From Candidatus Johnevansia muelleri (lineage in GTDB: Bacteria > Pseudomonadota > Gammaproteobacteria > Johnevansiales > Johnevansiaceae): DNA of 32,000 nucleotides. The DNA lies in contig LM655252.1 in the NCBI GenBank assembly GCA_000953435.1, positions 240,001 through 272,000 of the forward strand, written 5' to 3'. The translations under genes and the position numbers were made by a program. This document shows, one piece after another, positions 1 through 9,552 of the stretch. The notes beneath the pieces were generated by a model that saw nothing but the letters and a program-made list of their open reading frames with translations, searched no databases and was not told where the DNA came from. Numbering within the stretch: position 1 is the stretch's first letter; each line of letters begins with the position of its first letter.

Positions 1-60
1 GAATTACGAAAATGTATTAAAAAATTTCAAAAAATTTATAAAAAATGTAATAATGAGTAG
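1..60 (+). CDS. atpA: ATP synthase F1 alpha subunit, 3' end only (5' end outside window)
   Basis: Frame 1 is open from the window edge to TAG at 58-60 (ELRKCIKKFQKIYKKCNNE*). The L-[KR]-x-x-[IL]-x-x-F pattern resembles the E. coli AtpA C-terminus (KLKGILDSFKATQSW). The position directly upstream of atpG-atpD-atpC fits the canonical operon order. Only 19 codons are visible. Confidence 0.5.
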   Translation, partial: ELRKCIKKFQKIYKKCNNE

Positions 61-67
61 TTACAAA

Positions 68-384
68 ACTGTATTGAACCATTTAAAAAAAACTGTATTG
101 AACCATTTAAAAAAAAAACTGTATTGAACCATTTAAAAAAAAACTGTATTGAACCATTTAAAAAAAAACTGTATTGAAAAATTTAAAAAAAAACTGTATT
201 GAAACATTTAAAAAAAAACTGTATTGAACCATTTAAAAAAAAACTGTATTGAACCATTTAAAAAAAAACTGTATTGAACCATTTAAAAAAAACTGTATTG
301 AACCATTTAAAAAAAAACTGTATTGAACCATTTAAAAAAAAACTGTATTGAACCATTTAAAAAAAAAACTGTATTGAACCATTT
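68..384 (+). repeat. Tandem array of 13 head-to-tail copies: 16-nt core CTGTATTGAACCATTT plus an A8-10 tract (period 24-26 bp, mostly 25)
   Basis: Counted directly. ACTG unit starts are at 68, 92, 118, 143, 168, 193, 218, 243, 268, 292, 317, 342 and 368. Eleven cores are identical. Copy 5 (168-184) reads ...GAAAAATTT and copy 6 (193-209) reads ...GAAACATTT. The array occupies most of the 348-bp atpA-atpG spacer. Confidence 0.95.
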
Positions 385-408
385 TATTATAAATTTTAAG
401 GAAAACTT

Positions 409-1263
409 ATGATTATAACAAAAGAAATAAAAACACAAATTAAAAGTATTGAAAGTATTAAAAAAATTACTAATGCTATGGAAATGGTATCTGCATCTAA
501 AATGCGTAGATCACAAGAACGTATGTACGCATGTATACCTTATATGCATAAAATTACGAAAATATGTAAAAATATTGCAATTAATAATAATAATAATACA
601 TATTTTATTAATCGTCCTATAAAAAATATAGGATATATATTAATTACTAGTGATCGAGGTCTTTGTGGGGGATTAAATATTAATGTATTTAAAATTATTT
701 TAAATGATATACAAAAGATGTATAAATTAAATATAAATCATTCATTTTGTGTATTAGGAAACAAAGGTATAGATTTTTTTAAAAAATATGGCGGTAAGTT
801 AATAGCTACTAAAGAAGACATTGGATATACACCTAGTATAAATAATATTATTGGACCCGTTAAAGTAATGTTAAATGCTTTTAATGAAGGTAAAATTGAT
901 TGTTTGATGTTAGTTTCAAATAAATTTTTAAATACTATGATACAAAAACCTTTTTTACAAAAATTATTACCTATTCACTTTAAAAATTTAAAAAAAAATA
1001 ATCAAAATAATTATATATATGAAACTACAAATTATTCTAATTTAATAGATTGTATTATAGTAAGATATATTGAATCACAAGTTTATAAATCAATTATCGA
1101 AAATATTGCTTGTGAACAAGCAGCACGTATGATGGCTATGAAAAATGCAACAGAAAATGCATTTAACATCATTAAAGAATTAAAATTAATTTATAATAAA
1201 GCTAGACAAGCAGCCATTACTCAAGAAATTTCTGAAATAGTTAATGGTGCTGCTGCTGTTTAA
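409..1263 (+). CDS. atpG: ATP synthase F1 gamma subunit
   Basis: The 284-aa ORF aligns along its length to E. coli AtpG (N-terminus KEIKTQIKSIESIKKITNAMEMVSASKMRRSQERM; C-terminus RQAAITQEISEIVNGAAAV). AAGGA Shine-Dalgarno (SD) at 398-402, 6 nt before the ATG. Confidence 0.97.
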   Translation: MIITKEIKTQIKSIESIKKITNAMEMVSASKMRRSQERMYACIPYMHKITKICKNIAINNNNNTYFINRPIKNIGYILITSDRGLCGGLNINVFKIILNDIQKMYKLNINHSFCVLGNKGIDFFKKYGGKLIATKEDIGYTPSINNIIGPVKVMLNAFNEGKIDCLMLVSNKFLNTMIQKPFLQKLLPIHFKNLKKNNQNNYIYETTNYSNLIDCIIVRYIESQVYKSIIENIACEQAARMMAMKNATENAFNIIKELKLIYNKARQAAITQEISEIVNGAAAV

Positions 1264-1276
1264 ATAATTTAAATAA

Positions 1277-3099
<1,823 letters not shown>

Positions 3100-3102
3100 A
3101 AA

Positions 3103-4104
3103 ATGTTTTGGTGTTTACGGAATAAAAATATTCTGAGTTTTTTGAATCATACTAGAAAAGAAATAATTCATTTATTAGATTTAACTTGTGAATTAAAGCA
3201 TGCAAAAAAATTAGGTATTGAAAAAACTTGTCTTATAGGAAAAAATATTGCATTAATTTTTGAAAAAACATCAACACGTACTCGATGTTCTTTTGAAATT
3301 GCAGCTTATAATCAAGGTGCACATATTACATATATTAATAAAACTTCTCAAATAGGAGAAAAAGAATCAATTGAAGATACGGCTAAAGTACTTAGTAGGA
3401 TATTTGATGCTATAGTTTATCGAGGTTTTTCACATTTAAATATTGAATTACTTTCTAAATATGCTAATATACCTGTATTTAACGCATTAACTAATGAATT
3501 TCATCCTACTCAAATTTTAGCCGATATATTTACTATGATAGAAAATAGTGAAAAAAAAATTAATAATATTAGTTATGCTTATTTAGGAGATGCAAGATCT
3601 AATGTGGGGAGATCATTAATTATTATTGGCGCAAAATTGGGTATGGATGTACGTATAGCATCGCCTAAATTATTATGGCCATCTTTAGATTTTATTATTG
3701 CATGTGAAAAAATAGCTTGGTTTAGTGGAGCAAATTTAAATTTTATGGAAGATCCATTTTTAGCTGTAAAAGGAGTCGATTTTATTTATACTGATGTTTG
3801 GGTATCTATAGGAGAATCTATTCAATGTTGGTCTGATAGAATCAAATTATTAATGCCTTATCAAGTAAATAATAACTTAATTAAAAATTCTAATAATCCA
3901 ATAGTTAAATTAATGCATTGTTTGCCATCTTTTCATAATATTGAAACAATATTAAGTAAACAAATTATTAATAAATATAATTATCTTGATAAAGGTATTG
4001 AAATTTCTGAAGAAGTTTTTAAATCTTCTGCTAATATTGCTTTTGAACAATCTGAAAATAGAATGCATACAATAAAATCAATTTTAATATCTTCATTAAT
4101 TTAA
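3103..4104 (+). CDS. argI: Ornithine carbamoyltransferase
   Basis: 333 aa. Carbamoyl-phosphate motif STRTRCSFE, HPTQILAD, HCLP, and a C-terminus FEQSENRMHTIKS that matches E. coli ArgI FDQAENRMHTIKA. Starts 3 nt after the atpC stop. Confidence 0.95.
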   Translation: MFWCLRNKNILSFLNHTRKEIIHLLDLTCELKHAKKLGIEKTCLIGKNIALIFEKTSTRTRCSFEIAAYNQGAHITYINKTSQIGEKESIEDTAKVLSRIFDAIVYRGFSHLNIELLSKYANIPVFNALTNEFHPTQILADIFTMIENSEKKINNISYAYLGDARSNVGRSLIIIGAKLGMDVRIASPKLLWPSLDFIIACEKIAWFSGANLNFMEDPFLAVKGVDFIYTDVWVSIGESIQCWSDRIKLLMPYQVNNNLIKNSNNPIVKLMHCLPSFHNIETILSKQIINKYNYLDKGIEISEEVFKSSANIAFEQSENRMHTIKSILISSLI

Positions 4105-4182
4105 TTTGTAAAGTATTTAAAATAATTTATATAAAACATGATTTAAGTATTTATTAATTTTCTTATTTTAAAATATAATAAA

Positions 4183-4256
4183 GCGCTTATAGCTTAATTG
4201 GATAAAGTTTTGCCCTCCGAAGGCAAAGGATATGGGTTCAAATCCCATTAAGCGCA
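4183..4256 (+). tRNA. argX: tRNA-Arg, anticodon CCG
   Basis: Hand-folded cloverleaf. Acceptor GCGCTTA/TAAGCGC (7/7 bp). D-arm has a GG loop. Anticodon stem TTGCC/GGCAA with loop CTCCGAA (CCG at 4217-4219). 5-nt variable loop. T-arm ATGGG-TTCAAAT-CCCAT. Discriminator A. CCA is not encoded. Confidence 0.9.
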
Positions 4257-4293
4257 TTATAATATTTTAAATATATTGAACTTTTAACTCAAT

Positions 4294-4313
4294 GAAAATG
4301 CATACAATAAAAT
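4294..4313 (+). repeat. Short duplicated fragment of the argI 3' end
   Basis: GAAAATGCATACAATAAAAT equals 4054-4078 (GAAAATAGAATGCATACAATAAAAT, codons ENRMHTIK of argI) minus 5 nt. It includes an exact 14-mer with three G/C positions. It has the same orientation as the original and abuts the rpoZ stop codon. Confidence 0.6.
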
Positions 4314-4615
4314 TACTTTATAAGATTAAAACTCATTAAATGTTGAAATTGAATTTCAAGAAGTTTAAGTTTTTGAACTTTTATATTTTGACCAAATTCT
4401 GATTTCAAATTAAATTTATAATTTTTAGGAATTGAACCATGAATATAACCTCTAGAAATTTCTTTAAGTGCAACAATTATGGGTTTATTATTTTCATTAG
4501 GTAATTTAGAATAAGATGATCCTTTTGAAAGTTCTCGTGATCTATTACAAGAAATATATATTAATTGAAATCTATTTTTTATTCTTTTAAAACAATTTTC
4601 TAGATTTATTATCAT
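4313..4615 (-). CDS. rpoZ: DNA-directed RNA polymerase omega subunit
   Basis: 100 aa. NRFQLIYISCNRSREL aligns with E. coli RpoZ NRFDLVLVAARRARQM, and ENNKPIIVALKEISRGYI aligns with ENDKTTVIALREIEEGLI. The C-terminal tail is not conserved. No clear SD. Confidence 0.85.
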   Translation of the reverse strand: MIINLENCFKRIKNRFQLIYISCNRSRELSKGSSYSKLPNENNKPIIVALKEISRGYIHGSIPKNYKFNLKSEFGQNIKVQKLKLLEIQFQHLMSFNLIK

Positions 4616-4630
4616 TTTATAAATTAAATA

Positions 4631-4686
4631 GATTATAGCTTAATTAATTGGATAAACAAAGTATATGGGTTCAAATCCAATTAATC
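4631..4686 (+). pseudogene. Decayed copy of tRNA-Arg(CCG) lacking the anticodon arm
   Basis: Aligns to 4187-4256: TTATAGCTTAATT 13/13, GGATAAA 7/7, and CAAAGtATATGGGTTCAAATCCaATTAAtCG with about 4 substitutions. It carries a 4-nt AATT duplication in the D-loop and a 17-nt deletion that removes the anticodon stem-loop. Its 3' end overlaps the glyS stop codon (4681-4683). Confidence 0.8.
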
Positions 4687-6756
4687 GAATATAGATATAT
4701 CAGCTACTTTAAAGAAAAGTAATATTAAATTATTTAATAAAGCAAATATATTATATTTAACATATTTATTTTTTTTTATAATAATATTATTATTAAAATA
4801 ATTATAAATGGGTGTTATTAAAGATAATAAAATGTATAATGCTTGATAATAATTTTTATTATTAATTAAAATTTTTATTTCTGATTGAATACGTATTATA
4901 ATTTTAAATAAATAATATTCATCATTATTTATAAAAAAATTATTATTTATTTTTAGTTTATATTTTTTATAAAAAAAATTATTTTTTTTTAAAATATTTA
5001 ATATTCTTTTTATTGAAGTAACTAAAATTAAAAAATATTTATTTTTATTAAATTGTTTTAATATATACATTCTTTTTACAAAATCAAATATGTTTGTTAC
5101 ATTTAGAGCTTTAATAGCAAAAAAAAATTTTTTGGAAATTCCATGGTTTATTGCCCAATAACATAATTTATCATAAAAATAATTTATTACTTTTATTAAT
5201 ATTTTTTTTTTATTTAATATATTATATTGATTAATAGATAAATTTAATAGATTTTTTAAATCTAAATTATATTTACTTTTAATTAAAATATTTAAAATAC
5301 CTATCGTATATCTACGTAACGCAAATGGATCTTTTGTTCCTGTAGGTTGTAATCCTATACTAAATATTCCAATTATAGTATCTATTTTATCAGCAAGTGC
5401 AATTGCAATACTTGTTTTATTTTGTGGAATTTTATCATTTGAAAATTTGGGTAAATATTGATTATAAATTGCTATTACTACATCATTTTTTTCTCCATAT
5501 TTTTGTGCATAATGTGCCCCCATTATTCCTTGAAGTTCTGGAAATTCATATACCATTTTAGTTACTAAATCACATTTAGAAAGTTGTGCTGCTCTAATAG
5601 CATTTATTTTTATTCCACCAATTAAATTAGCAATATTAGCAGAGATAATTTCTAATCTATTACTTTTCTCAGCTATAGAACCTAATTTAGGGTGAAAAAT
5701 TATATCTTTTAAATTTAACCGATAATAATCTAATTTAATTTTAATATCTGAATTAAAAAAAAAAAAAGCATCACATAATCTTGAATTAATAACTCGTTCA
5801 TTATCTGAAATAATTTTTTTATAATCTATACTTTTTATATTAGCAATAGTAAGAAATTTTGGTAACAGTTTATTTTTATTATCAAATATATGAAAATATT
5901 TTTGATTTAATTTCATTGTAGAAATAATACATTCATAAGGTATATTAAGATAATATTTATTAAAATTTCCAATTAATGCTATTGGCCATTCTACTAATCC
6001 AGTTACTTCATTTAATAAATTATTATCTATAATAATATTAGCATTAATTTTTAATGCTTGTTGTCTTATTAAATTATAAATAATTTTTCGTCTATGATTA
6101 TAATCAACTATTACATTACCTAATGTAGCTAATTTATATATATATTCTTTTGCATTATTTAAAATAATTGGAGAAAAACAATGTATACGATGACCATAAG
6201 TAATACGATTAGATAATAATCCGAAAAGTTTTATTCTAATTATATCATAACCATAAAGTATAACTAACCACCTTATGGGTCTACAAAATTTATTATTATA
6301 TATATTCCATCGCATACAATTATTAATTGATATTTTTTCAATAGATATTTTTATAATTTTAGGTAAAATATTTTTTATAGATACACTTTTTTTAATATAT
6401 TTATAACCTATTTTTTTACCTTTATTTGTATTTATAATAATTAAATTTTTAAGATTAATATTTTTTGATTTTATAAATCCTATACCTTTTTTAGTTAATT
6501 GATTATTTTTAATGGCTATTTTAATATCTGGACCTATAATTTCTATATAATTATCTAATATATTATATTCAATATTATTAATTATTATTGATAATCTACG
6601 AGGTGTATTATAAACATAAGATTTATCAAATATAATTTTATATAAATTAAAATAATTAATTATATTTTTTTCTAAATTATATGATAAATTATAACTATCG
6701 TATTGTGGTAATTCTTCACATCCCAATTCAATTAATAATGTTATTTTAACTGACAT
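4681..6756 (-). CDS. glyS: Glycine--tRNA ligase beta subunit
   Basis: 691 aa (E. coli GlyS 689). Collinear matches include IELGCEELP, LVEWP, MKLNQKYF, LSKCDLVTKMVYEFPELQGIMG, KDPFALRR and the C-terminus VADISIFD versus VADISLLQ. AAGGT SD upstream. Confidence 0.97.
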   Translation of the reverse strand: MSVKITLLIELGCEELPQYDSYNLSYNLEKNIINYFNLYKIIFDKSYVYNTPRRLSIIINNIEYNILDNYIEIIGPDIKIAIKNNQLTKKGIGFIKSKNINLKNLIIINTNKGKKIGYKYIKKSVSIKNILPKIIKISIEKISINNCMRWNIYNNKFCRPIRWLVILYGYDIIRIKLFGLLSNRITYGHRIHCFSPIILNNAKEYIYKLATLGNVIVDYNHRRKIIYNLIRQQALKINANIIIDNNLLNEVTGLVEWPIALIGNFNKYYLNIPYECIISTMKLNQKYFHIFDNKNKLLPKFLTIANIKSIDYKKIISDNERVINSRLCDAFFFFNSDIKIKLDYYRLNLKDIIFHPKLGSIAEKSNRLEIISANIANLIGGIKINAIRAAQLSKCDLVTKMVYEFPELQGIMGAHYAQKYGEKNDVVIAIYNQYLPKFSNDKIPQNKTSIAIALADKIDTIIGIFSIGLQPTGTKDPFALRRYTIGILNILIKSKYNLDLKNLLNLSINQYNILNKKKILIKVINYFYDKLCYWAINHGISKKFFFAIKALNVTNIFDFVKRMYILKQFNKNKYFLILVTSIKRILNILKKNNFFYKKYKLKINNNFFINNDEYYLFKIIIRIQSEIKILINNKNYYQALYILLSLITPIYNYFNNNIIIKKNKYVKYNIFALLNNLILLFFKVADISIFD

Positions 6757-6777
6757 ATTTATACCTTAAATTAATAT

Positions 6778-7665
6778 TTATTTTAATCTTAAATTATAAT
6801 ATTTTTTAGCAAGATTACAAGACATAGTACGAATTCTTAAAATATAGCGCTGACGTTCAGTAATAGAAATACTTTTTTTAGCATCAATTATATTAAAAAT
6901 ATGAGATGCTTTAATTATTTGTTCGTAAGCCGGATAAATTAAATTAAATTTAATCAATTGTAAACACATATTTTCATGATAATCAAAATTATTATATAAA
7001 AATTTTGAATTAGTATATTTTAAATTATAATTTGATTGATCAATTTCATTTTGTAAATAAATATTACCATAAGTAATTTGGTTACCATCTAAAGTAAAAT
7101 ACCAAATAATTTCATAAATATCATTAACATTTTGTAAATACATAGCTAATCTTTCAATCCCATATGTTAATTCTCCAATAATAGGATTACATTCAATTCC
7201 TCCTACTTGTTGTAAATAAGTAAATTGTGTTACTTCCATACCATTTATCCAAATTTCCCATCCCAAACCCCAAGCACCTAAAACAGGTGATTTCCAATTA
7301 TCTTTAACAAATCTAATATCATGAATATTAGGATTTATACCTAAATTATATAATGAATTTATATAAAGTTCTTGTAAATTTTCAGGAGATGGTTTCATTA
7401 TTACTTGAAATTGATAATAATGTTGAATACGATTAGGAGTTTTTGCATATCGACTATCAGATGGTCTTCTACAAGATTGAAGATAAGCAGCATTCCATAT
7501 TTTTGATTTAGGATCAATAGCTTTTAAAAAAGTTGCTGGATGAAAAGTACCAGCACCTACTTCTAAATCTAAAGGTTCTATAATAATACAACCTTGTTCA
7601 GACCAATATTTTTTTAAATTTAAAATTATTTGTTGAAATGTAATTAATTTTTTATATAAAAACAT
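6778..7665 (-). CDS. glyQ: Glycine--tRNA ligase alpha subunit
   Basis: 295 aa. Near-identical blocks to E. coli GlyQ: [54 protein letters not shown]. Confidence 0.98.
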   Translation of the reverse strand: MFLYKKLITFQQIILNLKKYWSEQGCIIIEPLDLEVGAGTFHPATFLKAIDPKSKIWNAAYLQSCRRPSDSRYAKTPNRIQHYYQFQVIMKPSPENLQELYINSLYNLGINPNIHDIRFVKDNWKSPVLGAWGLGWEIWINGMEVTQFTYLQQVGGIECNPIIGELTYGIERLAMYLQNVNDIYEIIWYFTLDGNQITYGNIYLQNEIDQSNYNLKYTNSKFLYNNFDYHENMCLQLIKFNLIYPAYEQIIKASHIFNIIDAKKSISITERQRYILRIRTMSCNLAKKYYNLRLK

Positions 7666-7669
7666 TATA

Positions 7670-8338
7670 TTACCTATTTATATAATCTACTCCATTAAAT
7701 TTACTAAGTAATAATAAATCAGCACTACGTTGTGCAAATATTCCATTACTAACTATTCCTGAAATATTATTAAGTAGTTTTTCTATATAAACCGGATTAA
7801 TATAATTTATTAAATTATATAAATCAATAATATGATTACCATTATCTGTAAGAAGCCCTTTTCTATAAATAGGATTAGCTCCTATTAAATACATCTTATT
7901 TATTATATAATTTTTGGCTATAGGAATAAATTCAATTGGTATTGGAAATTTACCTAAATTTTTAACTAATTTAGTTTCATCCGCAATACATATAAACCGA
8001 TTCGCATATTTTGCTATTATTTTTTCACGTGTTAAAGCGGCTCCGCCACCTTTAATCATTGATAAATTAATATCTATTTCATCAGCACTATCTATATAAA
8101 ACGGTAAATATTTAATATCATTTAATTCAAATAATAATATTCCATATTTTTTTAATCTTATAGCACTAGATTGAGAACTAGCAACAGCACCTAAAAATTT
8201 TCCTTTTAATTTTTTTAATAAATCAATAAAAAAATTAATAGTTGTTCCTGTACCAATTCCAATTATTGTTTCTTTTTGTAAATATGATCTAATTTCTTCT
8301 ATTGCTGCATTAGCAGCAGCAAATTTTAAATTGTTCAT
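7670..8338 (-). CDS. rpiA: Ribose-5-phosphate isomerase A
   Basis: [39 protein letters not shown] and [11 protein letters not shown] match E. coli RpiA. I place the start at ATG 8338 ([14 protein letters not shown], 223 aa versus 219 in E. coli). The longest ORF extends to 8395, but that adds 19 unaligned residues and overlaps the divergent rlmE start. Confidence 0.9.
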   Translation of the reverse strand: MNNLKFAAANAAIEEIRSYLQKETIIGIGTGTTINFFIDLLKKLKGKFLGAVASSQSSAIRLKKYGILLFELNDIKYLPFYIDSADEIDINLSMIKGGGAALTREKIIAKYANRFICIADETKLVKNLGKFPIPIEFIPIAKNYIINKMYLIGANPIYRKGLLTDNGNHIIDLYNLINYINPVYIEKLLNNISGIVSNGIFAQRSADLLLLSKFNGVDYINR

Positions 8339-8377
8339 ATTATTTAAAATTTTAAAATATCTTTTTATATAACTTTT

Positions 8378-8974
8378 ATGGATCTTAAAAATCATTTAAA
8401 AGATATTTTTGTATTACGTAGTAAAATAGATAATTATAGATCACGTGCTAGTTATAAATTATTAGAAATTTGTAAAAAATATAAAATTTTAAAAAATGTT
8501 ATGTTAATAATTGATTTAGGATCTTACCCTGGTGGGTGGTCTCAAATATTAAAAAAATATTTAGGATCTAATAGTACAATTATAGCTTTAGATATAAAAC
8601 AAATGGAAAGTTTACCTGGTGTAAAATTTATTAAAGGTGATATAAATAATTTTAAGATTCACAAAAAAATTTTTTTATATTTAAATGGAAAAAAAGTAGA
8701 TCTTATTATTTCAGATATGTCACCAAATATTAGTGGTCACAATATTATTGATCAATCATTAATGATTAATTTATTTAATAGTGCTTTAAAATTAAACAAA
8801 AAAATATTAAAAATTAATGGTAATTTTATTATAAAAGTATTTCAAGGATATAATTTTAAAAATTATATAAATAATTTAAAAAATTATTTTAAATTAGTTA
8901 AAATATTTAAACCATATGCTTCTAAAACTTTTTCAAAAGAAATTTATTTAATATGTTTAGGATTTTACAAATAA
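8378..8974 (+). CDS. rlmE: 23S rRNA (uridine2552-2'-O)-methyltransferase
   Basis: 198 aa. YRSRASYKL, the SAM motif DLGSYPGGWSQ, SDMSPNISG and KVFQG match E. coli RlmE/FtsJ. It lies upstream of ftsH, as in E. coli. Confidence 0.93.
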   Translation: MDLKNHLKDIFVLRSKIDNYRSRASYKLLEICKKYKILKNVMLIIDLGSYPGGWSQILKKYLGSNSTIIALDIKQMESLPGVKFIKGDINNFKIHKKIFLYLNGKKVDLIISDMSPNISGHNIIDQSLMINLFNSALKLNKKILKINGNFIIKVFQGYNFKNYINNLKNYFKLVKIFKPYASKTFSKEIYLICLGFYK

Positions 8975-9040
8975 AATTTTTTTTATTTAATATTGAATTG
9001 TAAAATTATTAATTCATATATAAAGTAAAGTATAAATTAT

Positions 9041-9514
9041 ATGGAAAATAAAATAAAACAATTTAGATTATTAAACTTTAATAAATTAATTGGTAAAAGA
9101 AGAATAATGTCATTTGATTTTGGTATGTCTAAAATAGGTATAGCTATTGGTAATGAAGTTTCAAAAAATATTACAAGTATTAAAACAATTATTGCAAAAA
9201 AAGGTAAACCTGATATTAATAATATTACATATTTAATATTAAAATGGAAACCTGATATGTTTTTAATAGGAATTCCTAAATATAAAAAAAATTATAAATC
9301 AAAATTAATTCGTATTATTAAAGAATTTGCAAATTTTATGAAATATTATTTTTCACGTCCTTGTAAAATTATTAATGAATTTGGATCAACACTTGAAGCT
9401 AAATCTATTGCTAAAGAAAGAAGTAATTTTTTTAAATGTAAATATAATAAAATGGATATTAATTCAATTTCTGCAGAAGTTATATGTTATATGTTTTTTG
9501 AAAAAATATTTTGA
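9041..9514 (+). CDS. ruvX: Putative pre-16S rRNA nuclease / Holliday-junction-resolvase-like protein YqgF
   Basis: SFDFGMSKIGIAIG matches E. coli YqgF AFDFGTKSIGVAVG. The central IGIP block and the C-terminus NSISAEVICYMFFE match DSASAVIILESYFE. The true start may be ATG 9107 (136 aa, close to E. coli 138 aa). The 22 upstream codons have no counterpart. Confidence 0.8.
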   Translation: MENKIKQFRLLNFNKLIGKRRIMSFDFGMSKIGIAIGNEVSKNITSIKTIIAKKGKPDINNITYLILKWKPDMFLIGIPKYKKNYKSKLIRIIKEFANFMKYYFSRPCKIINEFGSTLEAKSIAKERSNFFKCKYNKMDINSISAEVICYMFFEKIF

Positions 9515-9552
9515 ATATTTTTTTAATTAAAAAAAAATAAAGTAAATGTAAC

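Noticed and set aside
68-384. The tandem array as a CRISPR array
   Set aside because: The repeated core is only 16 nt. The intervening 'spacers' are uniform A8-10 tracts rather than unique 25-40-nt sequences. No cas genes or leader are present. The whole element is a simple ~25-bp minisatellite.
68-384. The tandem array as replication-origin iterons or DnaA boxes (oriC lies near the atp operon in Enterobacteria)
   Set aside because: The unit matches the DnaA-box consensus TTATCCACA at only about 5/9 positions on either strand. The location is inside the operon (atpA-atpG), not in the mnmG-mioC region. Strand-skew evidence needs the whole genome. The idea is not excluded, but it is not supportable from this window.
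4631-4686. A second functional tRNA next to glyS
   Set aside because: The anticodon stem-loop is entirely missing (17-nt deletion relative to the tRNA-Arg at 4183-4256). The T-stem has a mismatch and the acceptor stem is degraded. I call it a pseudogene instead.
7914-8099. Plus-strand 61-aa ORF inside rpiA
   Set aside because: It is antisense to the well-conserved rpiA coding sequence, has no homology I recognise, and has no SD.
8339-8395. Longer rpiA start at 8395 (241 aa)
   Set aside because: The extra 19 residues (MIFKIHKSYIKRYFKILNN) have no counterpart in E. coli RpiA. They would also overlap the divergent rlmE start by 18 bp. ATG 8338 gives a 223-aa protein that aligns from its N-terminus. 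The longer form cannot be excluded without experimental data.
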